DNA of 64,000 nucleotides from Tricharina praecox (Eukaryota): NCBI RefSeq assembly GCF_024521635.1, contig NW_026250406.1, positions 1,550,001 to 1,614,000 of the forward strand, read 5' to 3'. Shown piece by piece: positions 62,260 to 64,000 of this stretch (position 1 is its first letter; each line of letters starts with the position of its first letter). The notes under the pieces were generated by a model. It saw only the letters and a program-made list of their open reading frames with translations, ran no database searches and was not told where the DNA came from. The position numbers and the translations under genes were made by a program.

Positions 62260-63005
62260 ATCAGACCTTCCACTATCCTCCTTTCTTTCCTTGTTTCCTA
62301 GCTTCGGTTAGCAACGAGCAGAGGAGGAAGACAATTAATGCGCAAACATGAGCTACTCACCGAGTTTGAGATCATGACCGCAAACGAAGCACCAGTGATG
62401 ATAGTGAGAGCGCCTGGGCGCCGGGGCGCGGGTGGCTCCTCGTCTTCATCTTCATCTTCCGACGTGTCCATGGCATCTCCCTGGTTGATGGTGATACCGT
62501 TTTCGACGACACATGTCGCTTCGTTGTTCTGCTCTTCGGTCGCCGCGGGAAACATTAGCACTGGCGCATGCACCACCGCAGCTGGAAGACTACACCTACC
62601 TGGCTTGTCCTTTGGGGGGTCAGCTTGCGGAACGGCCCTGTATCGTTCGCTCACCCACACCCAGTCGTCATCAACCCCTAAGATTGCGGTATTGCCACCA
62701 TCACCCTTGGGTACTTCTTTCTTGTACCGTGAGTACAGAGCGCCCTTGTAGACACCCTTAGGATGATCGGGATACCAATGCTCGTTATACATCCTCCCGA
62801 CTGAGGGCCAATCGTTCCCCAGATCGTCCCTGAGGAAACGCAACACGCACAATTTCTCGTGCATGTACGTTTCCCTCAGGGCGACCGGGGGCACGAGTTA
62901 CGAGCGGCACTGCGTCTGCGATGTTGTTGTGGGCGGTGATGATGGTGGTGCTGTTCGATCGGTGGGTGTCGATGTTGAGGAAGGTTGTTCTGAAGCTTGA
63001 TGCAT
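62260..63005 (-). pseudogene. Near-intact mosaic family copy (HTH then acidic) with one premature stop upstream of the HTH
   Basis: ATG at 63005 (MHQASEQ..). TAA at 62900-62898 where the 13.8-kb paralogue has CAA. Then LRETYMHEKLCVLRFLRDDLGNDWPSVGRMYNEHWYPDHPKGVYKGALYSRYKK. Confidence 0.7.
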
Positions 63006-63881
63006 TGTAATGATGAAGTGAAAGGATGGTTTTGGAGGGGATTCATCAAAGTGATGTGGGTGGAGGATGATAGTTGAAGTTGTTTATACGGGTGAAGGAG
63101 GGAGAGGAAGAGAAAGAGAGGAAGAATCCAAGCTGTAACCCGCTAGCGCATTGAAGATTGCAAGCGCCCACCACACGTGATTGTGGGAAGTGACTGCTAC
63201 TTCCTGAATGGGCCGCACAATGGCTTCTTCAACGCTAGCCTAATATTACGTGGGGTTGGCTGCGATCACTGATGCACTGCTCTCAATCCAGGTACCGTGC
63301 CTATCTAGTAGTCAGAGTGTTACGCTGTGCGCAGAACCTTGCTAACTGCGATCACACCTAGAAAGCTGCGGCCAGGCATCGACACCTACGGTTAGGCATA
63401 GACAGCTGCGGTTAGGCATGGACAACTGTGGACACATGGCATCGTGCCTATTGAATAACTATGCTGCATCATGTGCAGGTCAGGCAGTAGAAACGCCGCC
63501 CCGCACCCATCGGGGGGGTGTTTTTTTCTCAATGTAAAATAGTGAACCAAAAATCCCTCTACTGAATTACCAGCTCTGCGGCTCTCAGTATTTACAAGGA
63601 CTACTAAGATCAATAGAAGGGAGTTGAAACAGTACAACTACTAGCTCGAGGGCTACTGGATGTCTGATATTAACGCACGGCTGTGAGTCGAAATGACGAG
63701 CACTTCTGGCACGCTCGTAGCATTAAAAGTAGTGCTGCTAGTCCGATCCCTGATTACTAGTAGCTGCCTCACACATACCGTGCAACTTCACCTCTCATCC
63801 TCAACCTTCGTCCAATCCTCCTCTACAATCCCTCATCAAACCACACCTTGCCACAAAACAATCAACCAACCAATCTACAAC

Positions 63882-64000
63882 ATGCCTGTCACTGAACTCG
63901 TCATCTTCCTGGCCGCTGCCATTACATCCGTCGTTGTGATGGCTTTCCCTCCCCTTCCTTCATCTCCAGCGGCGTCACCAAAATGCTCAACAAGTCCCCA
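63882..64000 (+). CDS. 5' end of a probable secreted or membrane protein, truncated by the window edge
   Basis: CAACATG context after a C/A-rich leader, then MPVTELVIFLAAAITSVVVMA. Frame open to the edge. Confidence 0.45.
   Translation, partial: MPVTELVIFLAAAITSVVVMAFPPLPSSPAASPKCSTSP

Noticed and set aside
1..64000. Starship or Helitron as the carrier of the repeat family
   Set aside because: No DUF3435 tyrosine recombinase or Rep/helicase motifs are visible in this window, though one outside it cannot be excluded.

Overview
Eukaryotic DNA from a filamentous ascomycete (inferred from 50-80 nt GT..CTRAY..AG introns, intron-containing tRNAs and Ty1/Copia PBS motifs). The window has three zones. 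(1) About 1-37.7 kb is a repeat mosaic: a tandem exon-intron array, a 9-bp minisatellite, hAT-derived elements, two truncated Copia elements, and many degenerate copies of a module-shuffled gene family carrying a Myb/SANT-like helix-turn-helix domain. (2) About 37.7-54.6 kb is an apparently single-copy island: three tRNAs, a two-TM microprotein, a secreted 16-Cys protein, a Cys-rich single-pass membrane protein, an acidic-repeat protein, and a head-to-head pair of MACPF-like genes, one fused to a fucose-lectin-type beta-propeller. (3) About 54.6-63.5 kb holds more copies of the mosaic family, in the opposite orientation to the copies just left of the island. The best candidate for an undescribed system is the divergent MACPF / MACPF-lectin pair, a putative two-component glycan-targeted pore-forming system. 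All domain calls are from motifs read by eye; no searches were run, and repeat boundaries are approximate.
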